From an uncultured Phycisphaerales bacterium (GTDB lineage Bacteria > Planctomycetota > Phycisphaerae > Tepidisphaerales > Tepidisphaeraceae), in NCBI GenBank assembly GCA_963755915.1, contig CAVWLP010000002.1, positions 4,000,001 through 4,064,000 on the forward strand: 64,000 bases of DNA, written 5' to 3'. The notes below the pieces were generated by a model. That model was not told the origin of the DNA, did not search any database, and was given only the letters and a program-made list of their open reading frames with translations. The position numbers were made by a program, and so were the translations under genes. Position 1 is the stretch's first letter; every line of letters starts with the position of its first letter. This document shows, piece after piece, positions 43,217 through 52,507 of this stretch.

Positions 43217-43915
43217 ATGGACGCGCAGAGATTAGACGGCAAGAAAGCGCCCGGGCGGCAGATTGTACTGCCGCTGGGGGTGGCGCTGCGGATCGCGTAT
43301 GAGAATATCCGGATGCGACTGGGGCGAAGTTTGCTGACGACGAGCGGGATTGTTCTGGGCATCGCGTTTTTGACGTCGATCCTGGTGATGAACGTGATGA
43401 TGCGCGGCATGCGGGAGTGGGCTGTGAGTTCGGCGGGCCAGGTTGCCAAGCTGCAGGAACTGATGAATAAAAACGGCGTGCCGGTGACGCGGGAGGAGAT
43501 TGCCAACGATGCGATTCAGACGCGGTGGCTGCTTGGGCTGGCGATGCTGGTGGCGTTTATCGGGATATTGAATTCGACTCTGATGAGCGTGACGGAGCGA
43601 TTCCGGGAAATCGGGACGATGAAATGCCTGGGGGCGCTGGATGGGTTTATCCTGCGGCTGGTTTTTCTGGAGAATTTGTTTCAAGGGGTGGCGGGGACGA
43701 CGATCGGTATTTTGCTTGGGGCGGGCCTGGCGATGGTGGCGCAGACGGTGAGTTACGGGGCGTTCGCGTGGAAGAATATTCCGGTGGCGGAGCTGATTGA
43801 ATCCATGGGATTCTGTTTCATCGTGGGGTTGGCGCTCACGCTGGGAGGGGCGATTTGCCCAGCGTGGCAGGCGGCGCGGATGCAGCCGATCGCGGCGATG
43901 CGAGTGGAGCCATGA
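43217..43915 (+). CDS. Small FtsX-like ABC permease
   Basis: ENIRMRLGRSLLT, GILNSTLMSVTERFREIGTMKCLGA, PAWQAARMQPIAAMR. Confidence 0.88.
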   Translation: MDAQRLDGKKAPGRQIVLPLGVALRIAYENIRMRLGRSLLTTSGIVLGIAFLTSILVMNVMMRGMREWAVSSAGQVAKLQELMNKNGVPVTREEIANDAIQTRWLLGLAMLVAFIGILNSTLMSVTERFREIGTMKCLGALDGFILRLVFLENLFQGVAGTTIGILLGAGLAMVAQTVSYGAFAWKNIPVAELIESMGFCFIVGLALTLGGAICPAWQAARMQPIAAMRVEP

Positions 43916-44640
43916 ACGAATTTACGGTGCGGACGATCGATGTGAAGCGCAGCTACCCGATGGGGGGCGAAGTGTTGCATGCGCTGAAGGGGGTGAGTTT
44001 GTCGATCGGGCGGGGGGAATATATTTCGATCATGGGGCCGTCGGGGTCGGGGAAGAGTACCTTGTTCAATATGATTGGGGGGCTGGACAAGCCGTCGGAG
44101 GGGAAGGTTTATATTGACGAAGTGGATATCGCGCAGCTCGATAGCTATGAGCTGGCTTGGATGCGTTGCCATAAGATCGGGTACATTTTTCAGACGTTTA
44201 ATTTGATTCCGGTGATGACGGCGCTGGAGAACGTGATGATGCCGATGATTTTTGCGGGTCTGAATGCGGCGGATGCGCAGGACAAGGCGGCGGAAATTTT
44301 GAAGCGGGTGGAACTGGGGCATCGGCTGATGAACCGGCCGAGCGAGATGTCGGGGGGGCAGCAGCAGCGGGTGGCGATAGCGCGGGCGTTTGCGAATGAT
44401 CCGACCATTATTCTGGCGGATGAGCCGACGGGGAATTTGGATCTGCAGACGGGTAAGTTGATCATTGAGCTGCTGCGGCAACTGAACAAAGAACGGGGGG
44501 TGACGATCATTAGCGCGACGCACGATCATAAGATGCTGGCGGTGAGCGATCGGATTATGTGGATCAGCGATGGGAAGCTGGAGCGGATTCAGAATCGGGA
44601 GGATGTGAAGATTGAGGTGGGGAAGATCGAAGGGGCTTGA
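43912..44640 (+). CDS. ABC transporter ATP-binding protein (LolD/MacB type)
   Basis: GPSGSGKST, IFQTFNL, MSGGQQQRVAIARA, ILADEPTGNLD, ATHD. Confidence 0.93.
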   Translation: MNEFTVRTIDVKRSYPMGGEVLHALKGVSLSIGRGEYISIMGPSGSGKSTLFNMIGGLDKPSEGKVYIDEVDIAQLDSYELAWMRCHKIGYIFQTFNLIPVMTALENVMMPMIFAGLNAADAQDKAAEILKRVELGHRLMNRPSEMSGGQQQRVAIARAFANDPTIILADEPTGNLDLQTGKLIIELLRQLNKERGVTIISATHDHKMLAVSDRIMWISDGKLERIQNREDVKIEVGKIEGA

Positions 44641-44820
44641 TAGATTTTTATTGAGTGGGGCTTCCCGGGTTTGGGGAGAATAAAGAGGAAGATTTTTATC
44701 GGTTGCGGTTTGTGTGACGAGAAGAGGCGGTCACTCGTATAGGGGACCGCGGTTCCGCCGCGGGAGCACATGGCTGGCCGGGTGACGTTCGGGGCGACCT
44801 TGGGGTGTTGATCGGGGAGG

Positions 44821-45939
44821 TTACCGAAGTCCCTGCGTGAAGGCGGTGGAGAGGTTGGACGGCCAGGAGTAGGTGCCGGGTTTTAAAATGAGAAGGGGGG
44901 CGGTTCTGCCGGCGGGCAGGAGGGCGACGACGCCGGGGGCGATTGTGGATTTGACTTGGAGGGTGGACCACTGGAGACGCTCGATGACGGCGGAGGCGGT
45001 GGCGCCGCCTTCGATGATGAGAGTTTGGACTGGATGGGCGGAGAGGAGCGGGGGGATGAGATCGGCGATGGCGGTGCGGATTTGGTCGGTGCGGGCGGAT
45101 GTGACGGGGGAGCGGGCGGCGATGAAGGCGTAGCCGGTGGTGCGAAGTTGGAGAAGGGCCTTGGGGGCGTCGAAGGGGAGGTCGCAGATGACGGCGCCGG
45201 CGGCGAGTTGTGCGACAAACTCGCGGCTGGGGGTGGAGGCGCTGCCGAAGATGACGATTGCGTTGAGCGGTGATGCGAAGGGTTCGGTGGGGATGGGTTG
45301 GAGGGCGAGGGATTGGAGCAGGGCGGCGAAGAAATCTGCGCCGCCGGCGAAAAGGGTTTGGGAATCTCGTTGGGTGGACCAGTGGCGGATTTCGGATGCG
45401 GTGGCGGCGGCGCCGATGGTGATTCCGCGCGGCAGGGGGGGCTGACCTGGAGGGAGGCATTCGACATCGAGCGTTTGTGCGGGGTCGAGGAGGCGGCAGA
45501 CTTCGGATGTCGGTGGTGGGTTTTCGAGATCGACGGCCACCGGGGAATGGTGCAGGGGGATGTGGTCGATCAGGTATTGGCCATTTTCGATGATGCGGTT
45601 GCGAGAGGGATTCTGGGGGACGAGCAGGGCGCGAGGGAATTTAAGCGATGCGATGGCGGCGAGGAGTTCGGCGGCGACGCAGCCACGGAGCATGGAGTCG
45701 GTTTTTTTATAGATGAGGCTGAAATCGGCGGGATCGACGGTGTTGAGAATCGATTTGATCCGCTCGGCGGCCGCGTGCGGCGGGAGAAGGCGTGAGTCGG
45801 TGTCGAAGATGAGAACGTCGGCGGGGGTTTGGGGGAATTCGCCGCGGTGGATTATCGCGGAGAGGCCGTGGGCGGTTGCGAGGCCACCGATTTCAGCGGC
45901 GCCGGTGAGGTCGTCGGCGATGACAAGGAGGGGTTTCAA
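44821..45939 (-). CDS. Four-carbon acid sugar kinase family (DUF1537, DtnK-like)
   Basis: VIADDLTGAAE, DTDSR, IYKKTDSMLRG, IEGGATA, ILKPG. Confidence 0.85.
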   Translation of the reverse strand: MKPLLVIADDLTGAAEIGGLATAHGLSAIIHRGEFPQTPADVLIFDTDSRLLPPHAAAERIKSILNTVDPADFSLIYKKTDSMLRGCVAAELLAAIASLKFPRALLVPQNPSRNRIIENGQYLIDHIPLHHSPVAVDLENPPPTSEVCRLLDPAQTLDVECLPPGQPPLPRGITIGAAATASEIRHWSTQRDSQTLFAGGADFFAALLQSLALQPIPTEPFASPLNAIVIFGSASTPSREFVAQLAAGAVICDLPFDAPKALLQLRTTGYAFIAARSPVTSARTDQIRTAIADLIPPLLSAHPVQTLIIEGGATASAVIERLQWSTLQVKSTIAPGVVALLPAGRTAPLLILKPGTYSWPSNLSTAFTQGLR

Positions 45940-46964
45940 CGGTTGGCGGCCATTTTCGCCGCATATTGAATGGCATCAAGGAGGCTGGCGTCGCTGGCGG
46001 TGCCTTTGCCGGCCTGGTCGAAGGCGGTGCCGTGATCGACAGAAACGCGGATGATGGGCAGGCCGAGGGAAACATTGACGCCGTTGACGCGTGCCCAGTG
46101 TGCGGCGGCGGGATCGAAGAGGAAGCCGCGGATTTTCGCGGGGATGTGGCCCTGGTCGTGATACATGGCGACGCAGATGTCGTAGAAGCCGGTGACGGCC
46201 TTGGCGAAAAATGTGTCGGGGGGCTCGGGGCCTTCGACTTTGATTCCGGCGGCCCGCGCGGCATCGATGGCGGGAATGATGTGCTCGCGTTCTTCGGTTC
46301 CGAAAAGGCCGCCGTCGCCGGCGTGGGGGTTGAGGCCGGCTACGCCGATGCGGGGGCTCTTGATGCCGAGGCGCAGACAGGCTTCGTGGGCGAGCTTGAT
46401 GACGCTGAGGACGCGCTCCTTGGTGATGGCGTTGCAGGCGTCGCGAAGCGAGACGTGGGTGGAGACGTGGACGACGCGAAAATTGTCGGCCGCGAGCATC
46501 ATGGTGAAATTTTGGGTCTTGGTGAAATGGGCGAAGATTTCGGTGTGGCCTGGAAAGTCGTGGCCGGCGAGGACGAGGGATTCTTTGTGAATCGGCGCGG
46601 TAACGGTGGCGTCGATATCGCCGGCGAGTGCGAGGGTGATCATCGTCTTGACGGCGCGGAAGGCGGCGTCGCCGGCCATCGCGGAAATTTCGCCGAGGCG
46701 AAGAGCGGATAAATCCGGGCCATCGATGGCGAGGACATCGATCACATCCGGTTTGAAATGGGTTTCGGATGGTTTGGCGATGGGGTTGATTGTTAGGTTG
46801 ACGCCCGCATAGGCGACAGCGTGTTTCATGATGGCGGGATCGCCGATGACGATCGGGCGGCAGAGCTGGTGCGTTGGCTGGCGCGAAAGAGCCATGGCGA
46901 TGATTTCCGGACCGATGCCGGCGGGATCGCCCATGCTAATTCCGATTTTGGGTGGTTGATTCAT
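45936..46964 (-). CDS. pdxA: PdxA family dehydrogenase (PdxA2, D-threonate-4-phosphate dehydrogenase-like)
   Basis: MGDPAGIGPE, TAPIHK, GHTE, GLNPHAGD, AMYHDQGHIP, RVSVDHGTAFD. Confidence 0.9.
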   Translation of the reverse strand: MNQPPKIGISMGDPAGIGPEIIAMALSRQPTHQLCRPIVIGDPAIMKHAVAYAGVNLTINPIAKPSETHFKPDVIDVLAIDGPDLSALRLGEISAMAGDAAFRAVKTMITLALAGDIDATVTAPIHKESLVLAGHDFPGHTEIFAHFTKTQNFTMMLAADNFRVVHVSTHVSLRDACNAITKERVLSVIKLAHEACLRLGIKSPRIGVAGLNPHAGDGGLFGTEEREHIIPAIDAARAAGIKVEGPEPPDTFFAKAVTGFYDICVAMYHDQGHIPAKIRGFLFDPAAAHWARVNGVNVSLGLPIIRVSVDHGTAFDQAGKGTASDASLLDAIQYAAKMAANR

Positions 46965-47929
46965 TTCAAAGGGCGCTGTTTTGGTGGGTTTGTTTGGAGG
47001 GCATCGGCGGAATTTGAATTCCCCACGGCAGCGCCGTGGGCGTTCACAGAGGAAACTGGGCCGGGAGCGTCGCCGTTTTGGTTGGTTAGAGGGGGGAGCA
47101 TGGTGCGGCCGCAGAGGCCGCGCTCTTCGAGCATTGCTTTGAGGGAAGCTAATCCGAGGCCCAGGGTGCGGCATTTGAGATATCGAGAGCAGAGGGCATC
47201 CGTTTGATTTTGCAGCTCTTCGACGGCGTCCCAGCGCTCTTCGGAGGCGGCGTCGAACAGGGCGCGATAGAGTTCCGGGGCGAGATTGGCGCCGCTGGGA
47301 ACGATGCCCGCGCCGCCGCGTTTGAGGCCGAGGAGGAACTGGGGGCTGTTGCCGATGAGGATGGGAAAACCGTCGCGACCACCGGTGAGGCGGAGGAGAT
47401 CGACGACGCGGGTGGGGTCGCCGGCGGACTCTTTCAGGGCGACGATGTTTTCGTGGCGGCGGAGGCGGTCGATTGCGGTGAGGGGAATGGTTTGATGCGT
47501 GGTGGACGGGATGTTGTAGAGAACCAGGGGAAGGGGAAGATCGTCGGCGAGGCGGACAAAGTAAGATTCGATCTGCTCGTTGGTGAGGGGAAAGTAACTG
47601 GGCACATGGGCGACAAGGACGTCGGCGCCGATTTGGGCGTAGGCTTTGGCGGCTTCGAGGGATTCCTGAAAGCAGTTGGCGGCGATGCCGGCGTAGACGG
47701 TGGCTTTTTTGTCGGCGGCGCGAACCGTGAACTCGACCAGACGCCGTTTTTCGGTGGGATGGATTGAGGCGGACTCGCCGGTGGTACCGAGGGCGAAGAT
47801 TCCGTGGACACCGCCGTTCACGAGGTGGGCGACGAGACGGTCAACCGCGGGTTTGTCGATGCGGCCGTCGGTGGTGAAGGGGCTGACCATGGGAACGACC
47901 AGTCCGTGGAGGGAAAGAGAAACGGGCAT
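46961..47929 (-). CDS. DHDPS/N-acetylneuraminate lyase family aldolase
   Basis: GIFALGTTGE, LVLYNIP, ALKES (Schiff-base Lys). Confidence 0.88.
   Translation of the reverse strand: MPVSLSLHGLVVPMVSPFTTDGRIDKPAVDRLVAHLVNGGVHGIFALGTTGESASIHPTEKRRLVEFTVRAADKKATVYAGIAANCFQESLEAAKAYAQIGADVLVAHVPSYFPLTNEQIESYFVRLADDLPLPLVLYNIPSTTHQTIPLTAIDRLRRHENIVALKESAGDPTRVVDLLRLTGGRDGFPILIGNSPQFLLGLKRGGAGIVPSGANLAPELYRALFDAASEERWDAVEELQNQTDALCSRYLKCRTLGLGLASLKAMLEERGLCGRTMLPPLTNQNGDAPGPVSSVNAHGAAVGNSNSADALQTNPPKQRPLK
47011..47046. repeat. REP-like palindrome family A inside the 3' end of the aldolase CDS
   Basis: aatttgaattccccacggcagcgccgtgggcgttca. Confidence 0.8.
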
Positions 47930-49962
47930 TACAGTGGGCTCCTTGAAAAGTCATAGTGGGTTTTAGAGGTTGCTTCATTCTGCTCTTGCTCGGTGGCGAT
48001 GATGCGCTCGGCGATGGCTTCCATCGCTGAAGCGGCGGCCCAGGCGTTGTAGCTCCACCAGGTGCTGGAGGCGGAGTTGTCGTCATGGTATCGCTCGACG
48101 AGAAGTCCGTCGCTGGGGCAGGTGCGCTCGGAAAGAACGCCGTAGGCGCCGTAGCCGGTGACGCGGGGGTAGAGTTCCATCGTGTTCATAAGCCAGGCGA
48201 TGCCGTCTTCGGCACGGTTGGCGTGATAGGCGTCGGCGGTTTTTCGGGCGAGGTAGTGAAGGTCTTCGGTGACGACGGTGCTCATGGGATGGATGTGGGG
48301 GTTGGAGACGGAAGTGATCGAGCCGCCGCAGGAATTCCAATCGCTGGCTTTGAGGGGCGGCGATTGGGGGCGGGTGCGGAATCCGTAGCGCCAGAGGTAT
48401 TCGTAGTGGGCGCCGTCCTGGAGCATGTCGAGATAGAGCGGATCGGCGGTGTGCGTGTGCATGAGGCGGGCGGCGCGGATGAAGGCGAGGTTTCCTTCGG
48501 AATCGACGCTTTTGAAAGTGTCCATCGGCGATCCCCAGCAGGCGAGATTTGTCACGAAGTGACGGTAGTAGTGTAGTGCGCGGGCGGCGGCGTCGCGATA
48601 GCGGGTGTTGCTGGTGAGCTTCCAGGCGTGAATGAGCGCGGGGGCGAACCAGCAACCGGCGAAGCCGTCCCAGTCGACGACCTTTTTTTCTGAGCTGCTG
48701 AAGATGTAACCGAAGGCGCCGTCGTCGCGCTGTAATTCGACGGCGGTGTCGAGTACGCGGAGGGCGACGTCAACCCAGCGGCGGCAGTGGGGGGTGTCCG
48801 CGGGGAAGGGGTTTGAAGCGGCGCGAAGAAGATAATAGGCGGCGTGGGCGTTGGTGTAGGCGCAATGGTTGCCCTGGGTTTGAGGTAAGAAACCTGACCA
48901 CCAGCCGTTGATTTCGGATGCGTTCCAATCTTTGGGGCGGTTGTGGGTGAAGCGATTGAGAGTGGTGTCGTTGAGGAAGCCGGAGGACTCGTTGAAGCCG
49001 GTTGCGATCTCGTTGAAGATTTGGGCTGAATCTTTGGGAAGTTTTAGATCGGGGAAGAGGCGCTCGGCGAGCTGGAAGGGGTAGGCGAGGACGGTGCCTC
49101 CGGTCCAGCCGATTTCGACGATGGCGCGCCAGGGTTCGAGATTGAGGTCAACCGGGACGCGGCATTTTCGGTTGGTGTACTGCTGAAGCTCGGGGGAAAA
49201 GTTGATTTTTGCGAAGGCGTCGGCGAGGGCGCGCAGGGCGTCGCGAAACGAGCGGGAGAATTGCGGAATGCTGCGCATCTCCTCGTAGATGGCGCGGATG
49301 ATTCGGTGGGCGGCGAGGCGCCCGGCGCCGGGCACGGCGAATATTTTTCCTGTTGCACCGGCGCGATGGGTAAGATCGGCCGTGGCGGGGGCGAAATGCG
49401 TTTTTTCGACAAAGGTTAGCGGGTCATTTCCGTAGCCCAGGGCGACGCCGAAGCGATCGGGGAGGGCGGCGAAGAGGCCGTTGCGGATGAAGCCGTCGTC
49501 GGCGTTGCCGGAGGGGGAATAGGGGTCGATGGAAATTCCAACCGCTCCGCGCTGGCAGCAGAGGATTGAGACGGGATGAGAAGCGCGATCGGCGCGGAAT
49601 TCCCAGAGGGGGGCGCAATTTCGCTCGGCGGGGCGGGCGCCGGTGAGGCAGGGGAATTCGCCGGGACGGACGAAGGGGGCGTTGTTGTCGCCGTGGATGT
49701 TTCCGGGGATGAGATGGAAGAGGTCGGATTCATCCAGCAGCCGGGCTTGGAGGCGGATGCGGGTTTTGAAGTGGGATTTGAAGTTGAGGGAGTATTCCAA
49801 ATGGTCGTGTTCGCGATCGACGTGGAACCGGCCCTCGATGCCTTTGTGGTTGAAAACGTCTCCATCGGCGCCGGGCGCAGGGGGAGATCCATCCAACTTC
49901 CCTGCTGGAAGGCGGTGAGCGACAGTTGGAGCGCGAAATCGTTCAGGTGGACGACCATACAA
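47929..49962 (-). CDS. Hypothetical protein, possible (alpha/alpha)-barrel glycosidase-like (5' end probably frameshifted)
   Basis: Long ORF translationally coupled to the aldolase; Trp/Asp/Glu-rich helical C-terminal half (EIGWTGG, DTFKSVDSEG, WWSYNAW). Confidence 0.6.
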   Translation of the reverse strand: MYGRPPERFRAPTVAHRLPAGKLDGSPPAPGADGDVFNHKGIEGRFHVDREHDHLEYSLNFKSHFKTRIRLQARLLDESDLFHLIPGNIHGDNNAPFVRPGEFPCLTGARPAERNCAPLWEFRADRASHPVSILCCQRGAVGISIDPYSPSGNADDGFIRNGLFAALPDRFGVALGYGNDPLTFVEKTHFAPATADLTHRAGATGKIFAVPGAGRLAAHRIIRAIYEEMRSIPQFSRSFRDALRALADAFAKINFSPELQQYTNRKCRVPVDLNLEPWRAIVEIGWTGGTVLAYPFQLAERLFPDLKLPKDSAQIFNEIATGFNESSGFLNDTTLNRFTHNRPKDWNASEINGWWSGFLPQTQGNHCAYTNAHAAYYLLRAASNPFPADTPHCRRWVDVALRVLDTAVELQRDDGAFGYIFSSSEKKVVDWDGFAGCWFAPALIHAWKLTSNTRYRDAAARALHYYRHFVTNLACWGSPMDTFKSVDSEGNLAFIRAARLMHTHTADPLYLDMLQDGAHYEYLWRYGFRTRPQSPPLKASDWNSCGGSITSVSNPHIHPMSTVVTEDLHYLARKTADAYHANRAEDGIAWLMNTMELYPRVTGYGAYGVLSERTCPSDGLLVERYHDDNSASSTWWSYNAWAAASAMEAIAERIIATEQEQNEATSKTHYDFSRSPL

Positions 49963-50121
49963 CTAATTGATAGCGGGATGAATCGCGACGCCCAAAAGTT
50001 AATCTGCGGGTGGCGAAGGGCCTAGAACAATCTAGCGTAATTGTTTTGCAGATTTGCGCACTTGCGGATATAGGGTAAGAAAGTGGGCCGATAAGGGCCG
50101 AAATCGCGGAAATAAGGGAAT

Positions 50122-50145
50122 GGTGGGCGAATTCGCCCACCCTAC
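50122..50145 (-). repeat. GTAG-type REP palindrome
   Basis: Reverse complement GTAG-GGTGGGCGAATTCGCCCACC, perfect hairpin. Confidence 0.75.
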
Positions 50146-50152
50146 GTTGGGT

Positions 50153-52503
50153 ATGCGAGAGCGTCTATCTCTGGACCACAATTGGAGGTTTGCGTTGGGG
50201 CATGCGGGTTGCGCGGCGCGGGACTTTGGGTTTGCGGCCAGCCGGTGCCTGGTCAAAGCGGGCGAGGCTCGTGGTGCCGCCGGACGGGAATTCGATGACT
50301 CGCGCTGGCGGCGGGTGGATGTGCCGCATGATTGGGCGATCGAGTTGCCGTTCGATTCTAAGGGAGATAAGGAGCTGGCGGAGCATGGATTTCGGGCTAT
50401 CGGGCCGGCGCATCCTGAGAATAGCGTGGGATGGTATCGCCGGAAATTCCCGGTTCCGAAAGGCGACCTCGGGCGGCGCATCGGGATTGAATTTGATGGA
50501 GTGTTTCGAAATAGCATTGTGTGGGTGAACGGATTCCGGCTGGGACGCCACGAGAGCGGATATACGAGCTTTCGATATGACGTGACGGATGTAGTGGAAT
50601 ATGGGGGCGAAAATGTTGTTGCCGTTCGCGTCGATGCGACCGACTGGGAGGGGTGGTGGTATGAGGGGGCGGGGATTTATCGTCATGTCTGGCTGGTTAA
50701 AACCGATCCGCTTCATGTTGCGCCGAGTGGAACTTTTGTGAGCAGCAAAATTGTCCGGGGGGCCGCGACGGTTACGGTGCGAACGCGGGTGGTTAACGAT
50801 GGGGAGGAGAGTGCAAAGTTCGACTTAACGTCGCGCATCCGCGATGCCGGCGGGGCGGTAGTCAAAGTCGGCAAAGGCCGGGGCGTACGGCTCGCGCCTG
50901 GGGACGGTGCGGAATTGGTGCATCAATTGCGAATCGATAATCCGCGGCTTTGGTCGTGCGATGCTCCGAATTTGTATGAACTGGAAAGCGTGATAAGCGA
51001 CGGGCGGCGGACGCGGGATTCATACGTGACGACGTTTGGGATTCGGACGCTGCGATGGGATGCCAAGCGCGGATTTTTCCTCAACGGGAAGGGGCTGAAG
51101 ATCAAAGGGACGTGCAATCACCAGCAATATGCCGGAGTGGGGATCGCCGTGCCGGACCGGGTTCATGAGCTGCGGGTTGAAAAGCTGAAGGAAATGGGGT
51201 CGAACGCGTATCGCTGCTCGCATTATGCGGCGACGCGGGAACTGCTCGATTTTTGCGATCGTAACGGGTTGCTGGTGATGGCGGAAAACCGCCTGGCGGG
51301 TGGGGGGCAGGAGGCGCTGGGGGAATTCGAGAGCATGATTCTGCGGGACCGAAATCATCCCAGCATTATTTTGTGGTCGATCGCAAACGAGGAGCACACG
51401 ATTCAGTGGTCGGCCAGGGGGGAGCGAATCGCCCGGGCGATGGTGAAATTGGCGCACCGCCTGGATCCGACGCGGAAGGTTACGGCGGCGATGCACGACA
51501 GGGGGCTTGGGGAGGGATTTGCGAATGTCGTGGACGTTCATGGATGGAACTACATCAACGTGGGGAATATTGAGGCGTTCCACCGCCGGCGGCCGGAGCA
51601 GCCGATCGTCGGCAGCGAAGAGGGAAGCACTGTATGCACGCGGGGGATTTATGCCGACGATCCGGGCGCGGTTATGTGAGCGCCTACGATGTTCGCGCTC
51701 CGAAATGGGGTTCGACGGCGGAGAACTGGTGGACGTTTGTGGCAAAACGTCCGTGGATCGCAGGGGGGTTCGTGTGGACGGGGTTCGATTATTTTGGCGA
51801 ACCGATTCCCTACCAATGGCCATGCACGGGCTCGCATTTCGGGCTGATGGACATGTGCGGATTTCCGAAAGACAATTATTATTACTTCAAGTCCTGGTGG
51901 AGCCGGGAGACGGTTTTGCATCTTTTTCCGCACTGGAACTGGCGAGGGAAAGAGAAGCGGATGATCGACGTACGGTGTTTCAGCAACTGTGATGAGGTGG
52001 AATTGCTACTCAATGGCACGAGTCTGGGAAGAAAGCGGATGGGGCGAAACTCTCATCTGGTTTGGCCCGTGGCTTATGCGCCTGGGGTGCTGGAGGCGCG
52101 AGGCTTTCGCGATGGAAAGCGTGTTGCCACGACGAGAAATGAGACCAGCGGTGCCGCGGCGAGGATCGTGCTTGAGGCTGATCGCCACGCGATTCGCGCC
52201 GATGGGGAGGATGTCGTGGCAGTGACGGCAGCAGCGGTCGATGCGAAGGGACGAACGGTTCCAACCGCTCAAAACCTGGTTCGATTTGATATTTCGGGGG
52301 CGGGGCGGTTGCTGGGCGTGGGCAATGGGGATCCGAGCAATCACGAATCGGTTAAGGAGCCACAGTGCCGATTGTTCAATGGCCGATGTATGGCATTGAT
52401 CGGCGCGGAAACGAAGGCGGGGAGGCTGCGCGTGCGCGGCCAGTCGGTCGGGCTGGAAGAATCGGTTGTGGAAGTGCAATTGGCGCCGGGCGCAGGAAAG
52501 TGA
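50153..52503 (+). CDS. GH2 beta-galactosidase (GalA-like; frameshift near 51668)
   Basis: VPHDWAIE, GWYRRKF, WWYEGAGIYR, RDRNHPSIILWSIANEE, FVWTGFDYFGEP, GVGNGDP. Confidence 0.88.
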
Positions 52504-52507
52504 TTCT

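Noticed and set aside
41899-44640. RiPP/PQQ biosynthetic cluster
   Set aside because: A PqqD-like gene and ABC genes are present, but no precursor peptide, pqqB/C/E or modifying enzyme.
45936-47929. Vitamin B6 (pdxA) and lysine (dapA) biosynthesis genes
   Set aside because: Coupling to a DUF1537 kinase points to the catabolic PdxA2 context, and no other pdx or dap genes are adjacent.
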